The position numbers and the translations under genes are program-made. The notes under the pieces are model-generated. The model saw nothing but the letters and a program-made list of their open reading frames with translations. It searched no databases and had not been told where the DNA came from. Positions 38,348 to 48,534 of a DNA stretch of 64,000 nt are shown piece by piece (within the stretch, counting starts at the first letter, position 1; every line of letters begins with the position of its first letter). Where the stretch lies: contig PJMF01000019.1 in the NCBI GenBank assembly GCA_003173865.1, positions 6,381-70,380 on the forward strand, given 5' to 3'. This DNA comes from Minisyncoccota bacterium. Its GTDB lineage: Bacteria > Patescibacteriota > Microgenomatia > UBA1400 > PJMF01.

Positions 38348-41300
38348 TTACTTCAAATCCTCATCTTCGTTTCTGTACCATGTGTAGTAGACCGCCGGGA
38401 TGAAAAGCAACATAATCGTACTAGAAATCAACAGTCCAGAAATGATCGCACCACCCAAACCGCGCCAAAGAGGATCAGACAGCGTAATAGGTAAAAGCCC
38501 CAAGACTGTACACAGTTTCGTTAAAATAATCGGCTCCAAACGACTTGCTCCTGCGTCGGCAATAGCTTCTTTCAACTTCATTCCTTGACGTTTGTTAATA
38601 TTAATTTTGTCCACGATAAACATCGAGTTCGTCACGACAATACCAAAGAGGGACAGTACACCAATTAATGCAGGAAACGAGAGCGGCGTCCCCGTAATCG
38701 CAAAGAGCAAGAACACACTTGAAACAGCCAGTGGAATCACCATCAACACGATAATTGCTTGACGGAATGATCCGAACTGCACCACCATCGTAATTAAAAT
38801 CAAGATAAACGCGAGGACCATAGCCTGCAAAATCGAGTTGACTGACTTGGCATTTTCCTCGTTCACACCACCGGTTTGCCAGGAGTATCCATTATCCAAG
38901 TGCAAAGAATCGGCGTATTTTTCTAAACCCTTATTTAGCTCAACAGAAGAGTATCCTTTTGTCACAGTCGCGCTCACGGACATCGTGCGATTGCCATTTT
39001 CGCGTGTGATAACCGTTGGATTATATTTGGCTTGAAAACTTCCCAAAGAGAGTAACGGATATGAAGTTCCATTTGGAGAGACCACGTTGAGTTCACCCAA
39101 CTTCTTTGGATCTGGGTAATTTGTATCGACTTTAAACATAATATCTGTTTTGTCAGGTCGCGATTTATCAAAATTAAATGAGTCAAGCGTGAAGCCACTC
39201 GCATACATACGCATCGTCGCACCGATTTGATCGACAGAAATGCCAGTGTCCGCTAATTTTGCATAATCAGGCACAAAAACAAGACGACTCGTACCAGATT
39301 TAATCGATTTCTCGACATTCGTGACACCAGCTTGTTTTTGTAAATAACCCACAATTTGATTGGCATAACCATCTAATCTACTCAAGTCATCACCTTTGAG
39401 TTTGATCTGTAAGTCTGCACCTGCTGGAGGTCCGCCACTTTGTTCAATGACAGAGAGTTTCCCAACAGAATACTGGGCAAACTTATCGCGCAAGTTCTGC
39501 GCAATCGTCATGGACTTCACATTTCGGTCTTCTTTTGGTTTCAAATGCAACGAAAAGAGCACTATACTGTCTGCATTTGCTGAGGCACCAAACCCACCTG
39601 GAGCACCTTGACCCACTTCCATAATGACAAACTCAGTTTCTGGTGTTTGGGCAATTTGGGCGACGAGTTTTTGTGCCTCAACTTCACTTTTTTGAGCTGG
39701 AGTTCCGGCTGGATAATCGACTGTAATATAAATCACGTCTTGATCAGATTTAGGAAAGAACTCTCCAGTCACGAAACCTAACGGCAGTAAGGAAAAACTC
39801 ATGACCGCATACAAAACAATCGCGATAATGACTTTCATGCGAGCGGCTCGACTATTAAGAATGCGTAAAATTAAGTTGTGGTACCACCGGCTAAAACCTT
39901 CTACATCAATCACACCATGATCAGTAAAACGAATCAGCAGCTGTCGACCTCGATTAAGAAATGAACGTTTCGTGATAAAACTTCCAACTCGCTGAGTAAT
40001 GATCGGGAATACGTGATATAGGACGAACAAAAATGCTACATACAGGACTCCAATGAGGGGCAACAAAGGATTCTTGGAAAAAAACATGAACAAAAAAATA
40101 AATGAAACAATCAATAACGCAACTTGAGCTATCATCTTGACTCGGGGTGGGAAGCTCGGTTTCAACAACACAATCATCAACGGCAGTGTAATTAACACCG
40201 CAATAGCAGTTGACGAAATCATCGTAATTGTCACCACAATTGGAATCGGTTTGATAAACTCACCGATAATACCCGTACTTAAAAGGAGCGGTACAAAGGA
40301 CCAAATCGTAGTAATTGTTGTTGACCAAATCGGCACGATCGTATCTCGCCATACGAGTAAACCAGTTTCTTGTGGCGTAAATTTTCCGGTTCCGTAGTAC
40401 GTCGTCATTGCGGAAACAGTCACGATCGTGTCATCAACCAACAAACCCAACGCGAGCAAAAAAGCAAATAACGACAAAAAGTTAATTGTCATGCCAAAAA
40501 ACTGCATGAAGAAAAATGCGCTCAAGAAAGTTAACGGGACGGTAAACGAAGAAATAATCGCTTGACGTAAACCTAAAAACAGAAATAAACAAATGAACAC
40601 CAGAAGAATGGTCGAACGAAATTCGCGTAACAAATCACTAAATTGTTTCGTAATTTTGTCACTCGTATTGATCAGTGTCACGATCTCAAATTGATTGGGA
40701 TACTTTTGTTTGAACTCATCGACAGCAGTCTTGATTTGATTCCCAGCTTCATCAATATTTGAGGAACTCGATTTATAGACATTAAACGTCACGGCACGCT
40801 GGGGTGTTTGCTGTGAAGTAAAAACAAATGAGCGCTGCGCGTCGATTTTAGTGCGTTGTTCAACTTGAGCAATATCAGCTAAGTTCACTGTTTTTCCTTG
40901 GACAGTTAACTTGATGTTTCGAATATCACTTACTTTATCAACACTGGGATCAATGCTGACCGCAAACGTGTTATTGGCATCTTGAACTGAGCCAGCGGGA
41001 TAAGAAGAGAGCGCCTTCTTTAAAGTCTGTGACAAGAGAAGGGGATTCAGACCGAACTGTTGAAGTTTTTCGGCATCCACAGAGACTACAATTTCTTGAT
41101 CATTGAAACCCGATGTAACGACACGATCTACTTTTGAAAGATCAGTGATTTTTTTCTTCAACTCATCAGCAATCGCCATCAACGAACTTTCATCACTCTT
41201 CCCAACAACGGCAAACGTCCAAATTGGCTGATCTTCAAAGTCGAGAGCAGTGACTTTTGGTTTCTTGGAGTTATCTGGCAGATCTGTAAATGAATCGATA

Positions 41301-41698
41301 ATCGACTGCACATCTTTTTTCGCGTTTTCGCGATCTATACTGGAAAGAAACTGCATACTGATAAACGAGACGTTATCTTGTGACGAAGAAGTCATCGTAT
41401 CGAGACCTTTTACAGTACGCAAACTGTTCTCCAGCGGAATCGTCAACAACGACTCAACATCTTGTGGCGAAGCACCCGGGAGCACAGTTGACACTGTCAC
41501 AATGGGGATCTTCACCTCTGGATTAAGACGTTTCGGCAAGTTAATATACGTCACCACACCTAACAAAGTAATCGCAATGGCGAGCAAAATCACAATTCGA
41601 ATGTTTTGAATATACTTCGAGACCACAGTAGTCATCAGTTTGGGATCAAACCGGAGACGATCGAGGTAGGAGAGTGATTGTTCCTGCTTTTTTTTCAT
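38348..41698 (-). CDS. RND-superfamily efflux transporter permease (AcrB/HAE-like, 12-TM with two large periplasmic loops)
   Basis: 1116 aa with an N-terminal TM, then IPIVTVSTVLPGASPQDVESLLTIPLENSL typical of the AcrB porter domain, and a duplicated 6-TM architecture. Confidence 0.9.
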   Translation of the reverse strand: MKKKQEQSLSYLDRLRFDPKLMTTVVSKYIQNIRIVILLAIAITLLGVVTYINLPKRLNPEVKIPIVTVSTVLPGASPQDVESLLTIPLENSLRTVKGLDTMTSSSQDNVSFISMQFLSSIDRENAKKDVQSIIDSFTDLPDNSKKPKVTALDFEDQPIWTFAVVGKSDESSLMAIADELKKKITDLSKVDRVVTSGFNDQEIVVSVDAEKLQQFGLNPLLLSQTLKKALSSYPAGSVQDANNTFAVSIDPSVDKVSDIRNIKLTVQGKTVNLADIAQVEQRTKIDAQRSFVFTSQQTPQRAVTFNVYKSSSSNIDEAGNQIKTAVDEFKQKYPNQFEIVTLINTSDKITKQFSDLLREFRSTILLVFICLFLFLGLRQAIISSFTVPLTFLSAFFFMQFFGMTINFLSLFAFLLALGLLVDDTIVTVSAMTTYYGTGKFTPQETGLLVWRDTIVPIWSTTITTIWSFVPLLLSTGIIGEFIKPIPIVVTITMISSTAIAVLITLPLMIVLLKPSFPPRVKMIAQVALLIVSFIFLFMFFSKNPLLPLIGVLYVAFLFVLYHVFPIITQRVGSFITKRSFLNRGRQLLIRFTDHGVIDVEGFSRWYHNLILRILNSRAARMKVIIAIVLYAVMSFSLLPLGFVTGEFFPKSDQDVIYITVDYPAGTPAQKSEVEAQKLVAQIAQTPETEFVIMEVGQGAPGGFGASANADSIVLFSLHLKPKEDRNVKSMTIAQNLRDKFAQYSVGKLSVIEQSGGPPAGADLQIKLKGDDLSRLDGYANQIVGYLQKQAGVTNVEKSIKSGTSRLVFVPDYAKLADTGISVDQIGATMRMYASGFTLDSFNFDKSRPDKTDIMFKVDTNYPDPKKLGELNVVSPNGTSYPLLSLGSFQAKYNPTVITRENGNRTMSVSATVTKGYSSVELNKGLEKYADSLHLDNGYSWQTGGVNEENAKSVNSILQAMVLAFILILITMVVQFGSFRQAIIVLMVIPLAVSSVFLLFAITGTPLSFPALIGVLSLFGIVVTNSMFIVDKININKRQGMKLKEAIADAGASRLEPIILTKLCTVLGLLPITLSDPLWRGLGGAIISGLLISSTIMLLFIPAVYYTWYRNEDEDLK

Positions 41699-41726
41699 GG
41701 AAACTCTTCGCTTTATTACTTGAGTG

Positions 41727-43160
41727 TTATGACTTGAAGGCTACTTTTTCTTTTTCAATAACGTTGCGGTCAAGAATGACCTGATCATTCGTTTGAAGAC
41801 CGTCGATCACTTCAACGTACTCACCATACACATTGCCCAGTTTGACTGCACGAGATTTCGCAACGGTATCGTTGCCATCTTTTTCAGCGACAAACACTGA
41901 CGCACTGGTCGGAGTTTGATAAACCGCATCTAACGGAATGAATGGATAGGATGAATTGGCGTAGTTTACTCCTACTGGCACGTCAATTTGAACAAAACTA
42001 TTATTCGAAAGCTCAGCTGCATATGTTTGAGGAATTGGATAAATCACTGAAAATAAACCCCCATCAGTGGGTTCACTAGAAATAGATCGCGGCATGGCTG
42101 CTACTTTCTGGTCATTAATTTTCAAGTAACTTGGCTCTGTCTTCGACAATTGCCCAGCAATTTCCTGAGAAACAAGCAAAACGGCAGTCGCCATATTGAC
42201 GTCGTTACGAATGCTGGCAAGCGGGGTACCTGGTGTCACTGCTTGGCCAACTTTTACGTAAATCCGCTCAATTGTGCCGGCCGAGGGAGCAACTGGGTAC
42301 ATTAATGACTCATTGACTTGATTAATCCGCACATTCAACTCTGCAAGATCGCGATTCAGATCAAGAGTGCGCTCTTGCAAATCGAGCTGCTTCAATGTTA
42401 GGTCACGTTGAGTAATGGCAATTTGAGCAGGTTCCTTCGAGTCATCTGCCAAATATTGATTACTCCGGAGAGCTTGTTTGGCAGCATTAAAACCAGCCAA
42501 AATCTGTGCTTTAAGCTGCTTTGTCTGCAGGAGGGAAGCACTTGCCGTCGCGCCAGGTGTATCCGAGAGGGTATTAATCTGGGCATCCATACTGGCGATA
42601 ATGTCGTTATCTAAGTTAATGAGGGAACTGGTTTCGTCAAATGACTGACGAGTAATTGAGCGAAGCTGACTTGCTTGCGTTTCCCCCAGTTGGGCAATAC
42701 TGCGCTGCTTGTTGAGCATATCTTTTTGATCAGCTAAGTTCTGGTCAAGAAAATTAAAGTTACGTTGGGCGACCTGACGATTCAAACTCGCGATATTGCC
42801 CCCTTGATAGTTTGTCGAAAGATTGAAAAGAGTTACCCCACGCTTGACGTGAGCCCCCTCGGAAAAACGAATTTTTTGGACAATACCACTACTCTGAGCA
42901 ACGAGTTGGATAACACCAGATTTCTCAATTTTGGCTTCCATCTCAATTTGGGGAGTGGATCCAAGGGGAAACACTTGTACAACCTTTGGCGCTGCTTCCG
43001 CCTGGGGGACAGTTGCGGGAGGTTTGCGAAGCTGGTTACCAATCGCGACGATAACGACTAAAAGAATGAGTAGCCCAATAAAACTGCTAAAAGGACGCGC
43101 AGTAACGAATTTTTTGACCTTTTGAGATACCTGAAGAAAGGAGGATTTGATTCTATTCAT
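41727..43160 (-). CDS. Efflux periplasmic adaptor (membrane fusion protein, HlyD/AcrA-like). An alternative start at 43205 is possible.
   Basis: An N-terminal TM anchor, a long coiled-coil hairpin (LKAQILAGF…LDLQERTLDLNRDLAELN), flanking biotinyl-lipoyl-like and beta-barrel segments. 28-nt spacing to the RND gene. Confidence 0.8.
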   Translation of the reverse strand: MNRIKSSFLQVSQKVKKFVTARPFSSFIGLLILLVVIVAIGNQLRKPPATVPQAEAAPKVVQVFPLGSTPQIEMEAKIEKSGVIQLVAQSSGIVQKIRFSEGAHVKRGVTLFNLSTNYQGGNIASLNRQVAQRNFNFLDQNLADQKDMLNKQRSIAQLGETQASQLRSITRQSFDETSSLINLDNDIIASMDAQINTLSDTPGATASASLLQTKQLKAQILAGFNAAKQALRSNQYLADDSKEPAQIAITQRDLTLKQLDLQERTLDLNRDLAELNVRINQVNESLMYPVAPSAGTIERIYVKVGQAVTPGTPLASIRNDVNMATAVLLVSQEIAGQLSKTEPSYLKINDQKVAAMPRSISSEPTDGGLFSVIYPIPQTYAAELSNNSFVQIDVPVGVNYANSSYPFIPLDAVYQTPTSASVFVAEKDGNDTVAKSRAVKLGNVYGEYVEVIDGLQTNDQVILDRNVIEKEKVAFKS

Positions 43161-43258
43161 GAAGATCTTATTATACCCGAATTCTTGAAATAATTCAAGA
43201 CCCATAATGATATTATTTGAGTCTTTGTATCGAGTGAGAACTGAGCGCTATAATATAG

Positions 43259-44962
43259 ATGATTATGAGAAAAATATCTAGCATGAGAATTCATCGCCAG
43301 CAGGTGTTTTTGGTGTTGATTGGGCTTTTTTTTGTGCTTTTGATCGACTCGGCACTTTTCTTCCATAATATTCAATTAATTATCCGTTCTGACCAAAACT
43401 CAAAAAAAACACAAGCGGCACTCACAAATTTTGACGCTCTTTCCGCTGCATTGAAGGACGAAGAACGCAACCAAAGAAATTACCTGATTACACACAATCC
43501 AGCCTACCTAGCTGACTATACATCCAGTCTCCATAACACAAGCGACCAAATTGCTCAATTAAGTCAGCATTTTACCGATAATCCCGATAAGAAAGCTACT
43601 TTTGACCAGCTTGTTGAAAAAGTAAACTTCCGTACTGAGATGTTAAATCAAGTGCTCAATACCTTTGAGCAAGCCGGCCGTGAAGCCGCATTTCAAAAAA
43701 TCACTCAAGGTGACGGCAAGAAAAGAATGGATTCTGTCACTGTCTTCCTCAACTCGATCAAAGCTGACGAACAGCACGAGCTAGAGATCGAAAACTCACA
43801 ATACGAGGCAAGTATTCAACAAACCGAACTCACGTTCATTGCGCTCTCAGTAGCAGGCCTGCTGCTTTTGATAAGTGCAGCAGTGCTTTTCCGAAACGCA
43901 CTTGCTCAAAAGAGAGAAATTCAGCGAAGAGAAGAAAAGATTGGTGTTTTGATTAACGCGAGTATTATTGGGATCATCGTGGCTGACATGACTGGCAAGA
44001 TTTTGGATGCCAATCAAGCATTCCTTGATATGCTCGGATACACAGAAGCAGAACTTCTGAGTGGTAAAATTTGGTGGCAAACTATCTCAATTGATGAATT
44101 TGAAAAATTGAAAGATGAAAAACGTGAAGAACTACGAAAAAATGGGCAAACCCTGCCTTTCGAACAAGACTACCTTTGTAAAAATGGCAAAGTAATTTCT
44201 ACAATTGTGGGAGCAGCCATGCTCGATACTGTCCGGAATGAAGTTGTGTGCTTCATAATTGATATCACTTCAGTCAAAGAACTCGAAAAAAGAAAACAAG
44301 AGTTTTTAAGTATCGCCAGTCATGAGCTGAAAACACCCCTGACAACTATCCAGGCATACTCTCAGTTACTCGAAAAACAACTCATGAAGATCAATGACCA
44401 AAAATCGCTTTTTTATGCGCAAAAGGTCAGAAACTACGTTCAAAAACTCGCTGGTCTAATTGGGGATTTACTCGATATCTCAAAGATCGACTCAGGGAAA
44501 ATTAATCTGAATATCTCTGCATTTAACTTCGATGAATTTATCACAGAGTGCATCAATAACATCCAACCGACAACTACCAATCACGTTATTTTGCTCAAAG
44601 GCAAGACAGATCAAATCATTCATGGAGATCCTGTGCGTATGGAACAAGTGGTGAACAATCTTTTGATTAACGCCATCAAGTACTCACCCAAAGGGGGAAA
44701 AATTGAGGTCCGCTTGCGCAAAGAGCCCAAGCAAATCGTTTGCTCTATCCGAGATCAAGGAATAGGCATTCCCCCTGGAAAACAAAAGAAAATTTTCGAA
44801 AAATTTTATCGAGCTTCCGAGGTGGATCAAGGGTTTTCTGGTCTTGGTATTGGTCTCTTTCTGGCATCCGATATTATTCAACGCCACTACGGTAAAATTT
44901 GGGTGGAAAGTAAGAAAGGAAAAGGTTCAACGTTCTTCTTTAGCTTGCCTATAGACGAATAA
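43259..44962 (+). CDS. Sensor histidine kinase (N-terminal TM plus CHASE3-like sensor, PAS, HisKA, HATPase_c)
   Basis: H-box LSIASHELKTPLTTI, an N-box region NLLINAIKYSP and a G-box GLGIGLFLASDI. A PAS-like region sits around …GKILDANQAFLDMLGYTEAEL… No response regulator gene is adjacent. Confidence 0.85.
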   Translation: MIMRKISSMRIHRQQVFLVLIGLFFVLLIDSALFFHNIQLIIRSDQNSKKTQAALTNFDALSAALKDEERNQRNYLITHNPAYLADYTSSLHNTSDQIAQLSQHFTDNPDKKATFDQLVEKVNFRTEMLNQVLNTFEQAGREAAFQKITQGDGKKRMDSVTVFLNSIKADEQHELEIENSQYEASIQQTELTFIALSVAGLLLLISAAVLFRNALAQKREIQRREEKIGVLINASIIGIIVADMTGKILDANQAFLDMLGYTEAELLSGKIWWQTISIDEFEKLKDEKREELRKNGQTLPFEQDYLCKNGKVISTIVGAAMLDTVRNEVVCFIIDITSVKELEKRKQEFLSIASHELKTPLTTIQAYSQLLEKQLMKINDQKSLFYAQKVRNYVQKLAGLIGDLLDISKIDSGKINLNISAFNFDEFITECINNIQPTTTNHVILLKGKTDQIIHGDPVRMEQVVNNLLINAIKYSPKGGKIEVRLRKEPKQIVCSIRDQGIGIPPGKQKKIFEKFYRASEVDQGFSGLGIGLFLASDIIQRHYGKIWVESKKGKGSTFFFSLPIDE

Positions 44963-45088
44963 GTATACGAGGCGTAAAATTTACTCAACTCATAAGAATT
45001 TTTTATTTATTTCTTACATTAGCGTGTTTTTTTCTACAATATCTTTTGTTTATTTAATTATTAATTATTTATTACTCATGTTTTGTTT

Positions 45089-46699
45089 ATGAAAAAGAAT
45101 CTTTCTAAAAAACCAATTGTGAATAACGAAGAAGAGTATATTCCAGAGGAATCCACTTCACACACTGATGAAATAGCTGCTGATCATGCCCATGGAGGCC
45201 ACGGCAGTCGTCCCCGTAATCTTGGTGTTTTAGAGGCGTTATTTCACCTCGACGCCGACTGGGGTACATCACTTGCATATATTCTTCCACTTGGCTTAGC
45301 GTTAACTGGTCGCCTCGCACCTGTCTACATGTTGATCATTGCCTTCATTATGTTTTTGGTGGCAAATGGTTACAAGATTGTGTGTCGTCACAACCCAGAT
45401 GGTGGTGGCGTGTATTCTTCTTTAAAGAAAGTAAATAAATTTTTAGCTGTGGTTGGTGCCTTGCTTTTAGTCACCGACTACGTAGTCACCGAAGCATTGA
45501 GTGTTTCCGATGCGTATCACTACTTACACATCGATCAAATCGTTCCTCCAAGTGTAGCTCATGCATTTCCTTCATTTTTGCCAACTAGCTCGTTGTGGAC
45601 GATCTTGATCATTATCTTCCTGACTATTATCAACTGGCGTGGTCCACACTTTAGTGCAAAATTTGCTGGCATTGCTTCAAGTGCCACTTTTTTCTTGGCC
45701 GGTTTACTTGCAGTGTTAGCACTCCCACTCGTTCCCGCTGGTTTAGCAAATATTGGTCACTTTAACCAATCAATTTGGGATATTTTGCGCAACACAACAG
45801 GTGTGCTCTTAGCACTTTCCGGTGTCGAGGCAATCTCAAACATGACGGGTATTATGAAAGATCCAGTGGGCACAAGTCGCCGCGCGATTAACTTAGAGTT
45901 AGTTAAAGTGATTTTCACCACTGTCATTCTTGGTATTGCCATGAATGGCTTGCCAAATAGCGTTGTGTATGAAGGTCACCAAGTCGGTGGCCAATTTGTT
46001 GTTGACACTGCTCAACGCGAAGTGACTGATCTTGGCTGCGTCATGAACGTCGTCAAAGCCAAAGTAGTTGGATCAAACTTTGAGTGTGTGAAACGAACTG
46101 AAAACGTTGCTCGCGCAGACATGCTCGTGGCGATGGGTGAGTATTTAGCCCCCGGAATTATTGGTAAAGGGTATGGCTGGTTAATTGGGGTTGCTTATGG
46201 ACTCTTGCTCATTTTTGCTGGCAACACAGCCTTAATTGACATTACGAACGTCACATACGCCCTCGCACGTGATGAAGAACTGCCTCACGGCTACACCAAA
46301 TTGAATAAAAAATATGGTGTCCCGATTTGGGGTCTTTTCACTGCTTGTTTCATGCCAATCGCAACTGTTCTCGTGGTCGGTTCAAGTATTGAAGCTCTTG
46401 CTGCCTTATACGCAATTGGTGTCGTCGGTGCAGTCACTATGAACTTAGCGGGCACCGCCTTGCAAGTAAAGGGTGGAGAACGAGTCATTGCTGCCGTTGG
46501 TGCATCCGTCATGGCAGTCTTGTTCGTCACTTTAGTGGTCACGAAGATGGAAGCAACGCTCTTTGCTTCAGTGGTGTTAGTACTTGGTTTATCTGCGCGC
46601 GCAATTCAAAAGAAGTTTGCAAGCAATGATAGCAACTCAGCAGGAGACGACCAAACTTCATCAAACTTGGAGTACGCAACAGCTCCAGTCAAAGAGTAA
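45089..46699 (+). CDS. APC-superfamily amino acid/polyamine permease with a hydrophilic N-terminal extension
   Basis: About 12 hydrophobic segments and glycine-rich helices typical of the APC fold. The ORF opens at 45083. Confidence 0.7.
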   Translation: MKKNLSKKPIVNNEEEYIPEESTSHTDEIAADHAHGGHGSRPRNLGVLEALFHLDADWGTSLAYILPLGLALTGRLAPVYMLIIAFIMFLVANGYKIVCRHNPDGGGVYSSLKKVNKFLAVVGALLLVTDYVVTEALSVSDAYHYLHIDQIVPPSVAHAFPSFLPTSSLWTILIIIFLTIINWRGPHFSAKFAGIASSATFFLAGLLAVLALPLVPAGLANIGHFNQSIWDILRNTTGVLLALSGVEAISNMTGIMKDPVGTSRRAINLELVKVIFTTVILGIAMNGLPNSVVYEGHQVGGQFVVDTAQREVTDLGCVMNVVKAKVVGSNFECVKRTENVARADMLVAMGEYLAPGIIGKGYGWLIGVAYGLLLIFAGNTALIDITNVTYALARDEELPHGYTKLNKKYGVPIWGLFTACFMPIATVLVVGSSIEALAALYAIGVVGAVTMNLAGTALQVKGGERVIAAVGASVMAVLFVTLVVTKMEATLFASVVLVLGLSARAIQKKFASNDSNSAGDDQTSSNLEYATAPVKE

Positions 46700-46706
46700 G
46701 CGAGAA

Positions 46707-47672
46707 CTAGTCAAGATGTTTGCGGTGAAATGCTTTCAAAGCGGCATGAACGATGTGAGGGACATCCATTCCGTACTTGATGAGCAGCTCCTCAGGTTTT
46801 CCTGATTCCCCAAAATGGTCAGGCATACCAACAAACTCAATTGGCACAGGACAGTTTTGAGCTGTGAACTCTGCCACCGTGCTACCTACACCGCCGTACA
46901 TTTGATGTTCTTCAACAGTGACAACAGCCTTTGTCTTATTTAACGAAGTAAGCAACGTCTTTTCATCTAACGGTTTAATTGTGTGGAGATTAATGACTTC
47001 TGCACTGACATTCTTTTTTGCGAGCACTGCTGCCGCTTGTAAAACCTTGCCCAGAAGTGGTCCACTTGCAATAAGAGTCACATCTTTACCTTTTTTCATG
47101 ACCTGAGCTCGACCAACTTCAAATGGTGTGTCACGAGTTGTAATAAGTGGGGAGGGAAAACGAGAAAGGCGAATATACACAGGTCCTACGTATTCAGCTG
47201 AAGCTACAGTAGCCTTTTCTGCTTCAAGCGCATCACACGGATAAATGACCGTGAGATTTGGTAAAACCCGCGTCATCGCAATATCCTCTAAGGCTTGATG
47301 GGTCGCACCATCTTCGCCAACGGTTAAACCGGTGTGCCCACCAATAATTTTGACGTTTGCCTGCGAGTAACACACACTCACTCTGAGTTGATCCCAGCTG
47401 CGGCCAGGGCTAAACACCGCATAACTGGCCACAAATGGCACTTTCCCAGCAAGTGCTAACCCCGCACCGATCCCCATGAGATTCTGCTCTGCCACACCAA
47501 CTTCAATGAAGCGGTCCGGAAATTCTTGTGCGAAAAGGCGAGACCTTGTCGATTCAGCAAGGTCAGCAGTGAGAACTACAACATTCCGATTCTTCCGTCC
47601 TGCTTTGACAACTCCTTCCCCGTAGCCATCTCGCGTTGCTTTGTGTGGTTGTGAAACATTATCCTTCTGCAC
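46707..47672 (-). CDS. Transketolase, C-terminal subunit (pyrimidine-binding and C-terminal domains) of a split transketolase
   Basis: …EFPDRFIEVGVAEQNLMGIGAGLALAGK…, 321 aa. Overlaps the N-terminal subunit gene by 14 nt. Confidence 0.9.
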   Translation of the reverse strand: MQKDNVSQPHKATRDGYGEGVVKAGRKNRNVVVLTADLAESTRSRLFAQEFPDRFIEVGVAEQNLMGIGAGLALAGKVPFVASYAVFSPGRSWDQLRVSVCYSQANVKIIGGHTGLTVGEDGATHQALEDIAMTRVLPNLTVIYPCDALEAEKATVASAEYVGPVYIRLSRFPSPLITTRDTPFEVGRAQVMKKGKDVTLIASGPLLGKVLQAAAVLAKKNVSAEVINLHTIKPLDEKTLLTSLNKTKAVVTVEEHQMYGGVGSTVAEFTAQNCPVPIEFVGMPDHFGESGKPEELLIKYGMDVPHIVHAALKAFHRKHLD

Positions 47673-48510
47673 GAATTTTTCCTCCCAAACTACGTAACTC
47701 TTGTAAAGCTAATTGGGCTTGTGCCGGGTCGGGCGCTTTACCATGCCATTCTGGTTTCCACTGCATAAACTCAACTCCCTTTCCCGGAATGGTGTGCGCA
47801 ATGATTGCCACTGGTTGCTCGAAAATCGCCACAGCTTGATGACAGGCACCAATAATGGCTTGCATGTTATGTCCATCGATTTCGATCACATGCCAACCAA
47901 AAGCTTCATACTTCTTGCGAAACGGTTCCAGTGGCATCACGTCTTCTGTGTAGCCGTCAATTTGAATATTATTTCGATCAATAATCGCAGTGAGATTGGC
48001 AATTTTCTTTTTGCCGGCAAATAAAATAGCTTCCCAAGTTTGTCCTTCGTCATGTTCACCATCACTCATCATGCAGTAGATTTGGTTATTTTTTCCATCT
48101 ATTTTTGCTGCCAATGCCATGCCAATTGCTTGGGATAATCCTTGACCCAATGGACCACTTGAGTTTTCTAGTCCTGGCAATGCCAAGCGATGTGGATGGC
48201 CTTGGAGAGGAGAACCGAGTTTGCGAAGCGTTAATAACAGTGATCGCGAGAAGTATCCTGCGTGTGCGAGCGCCGCATACAGTACTGGACAAATATGACC
48301 ATTGGATAAAACCAATTTATCGCGGTCTGACCATTGAGGATTGTGGGGATCGTGTTTTAACACTGCAAAGTACAGCGCCGTAAAAACATCAGCCATTCCC
48401 AGTGCACCTGCCGCGTGTCCCGACCCTGCCAAACTAAGCATTTTGACAATATCTTCACGAATCAAAAGGGCGCGCTGTTCTAGGTCAGTAAGAGATAATG
48501 GTGCAGTCAT
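47659..48510 (-). CDS. Transketolase, N-terminal subunit (TPP-binding domain)
   Basis: The TPP-binding GDG motif region …CMMSDGEHDEGQTWEA… and …GHPHRL…GPLGQGLS…. Confidence 0.9.
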   Translation of the reverse strand: MTAPLSLTDLEQRALLIREDIVKMLSLAGSGHAAGALGMADVFTALYFAVLKHDPHNPQWSDRDKLVLSNGHICPVLYAALAHAGYFSRSLLLTLRKLGSPLQGHPHRLALPGLENSSGPLGQGLSQAIGMALAAKIDGKNNQIYCMMSDGEHDEGQTWEAILFAGKKKIANLTAIIDRNNIQIDGYTEDVMPLEPFRKKYEAFGWHVIEIDGHNMQAIIGACHQAVAIFEQPVAIIAHTIPGKGVEFMQWKPEWHGKAPDPAQAQLALQELRSLGGKIRAEG

Positions 48511-48534
48511 TATCTTAATCGTAACATGCCAGGA

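Noticed and set aside
38213-38494. 93-aa plus-strand ORF
   Set aside because: It overlaps tRNA-Arg and the 3' end of the RND gene. It is an Arg/Gln-rich low-complexity translation.
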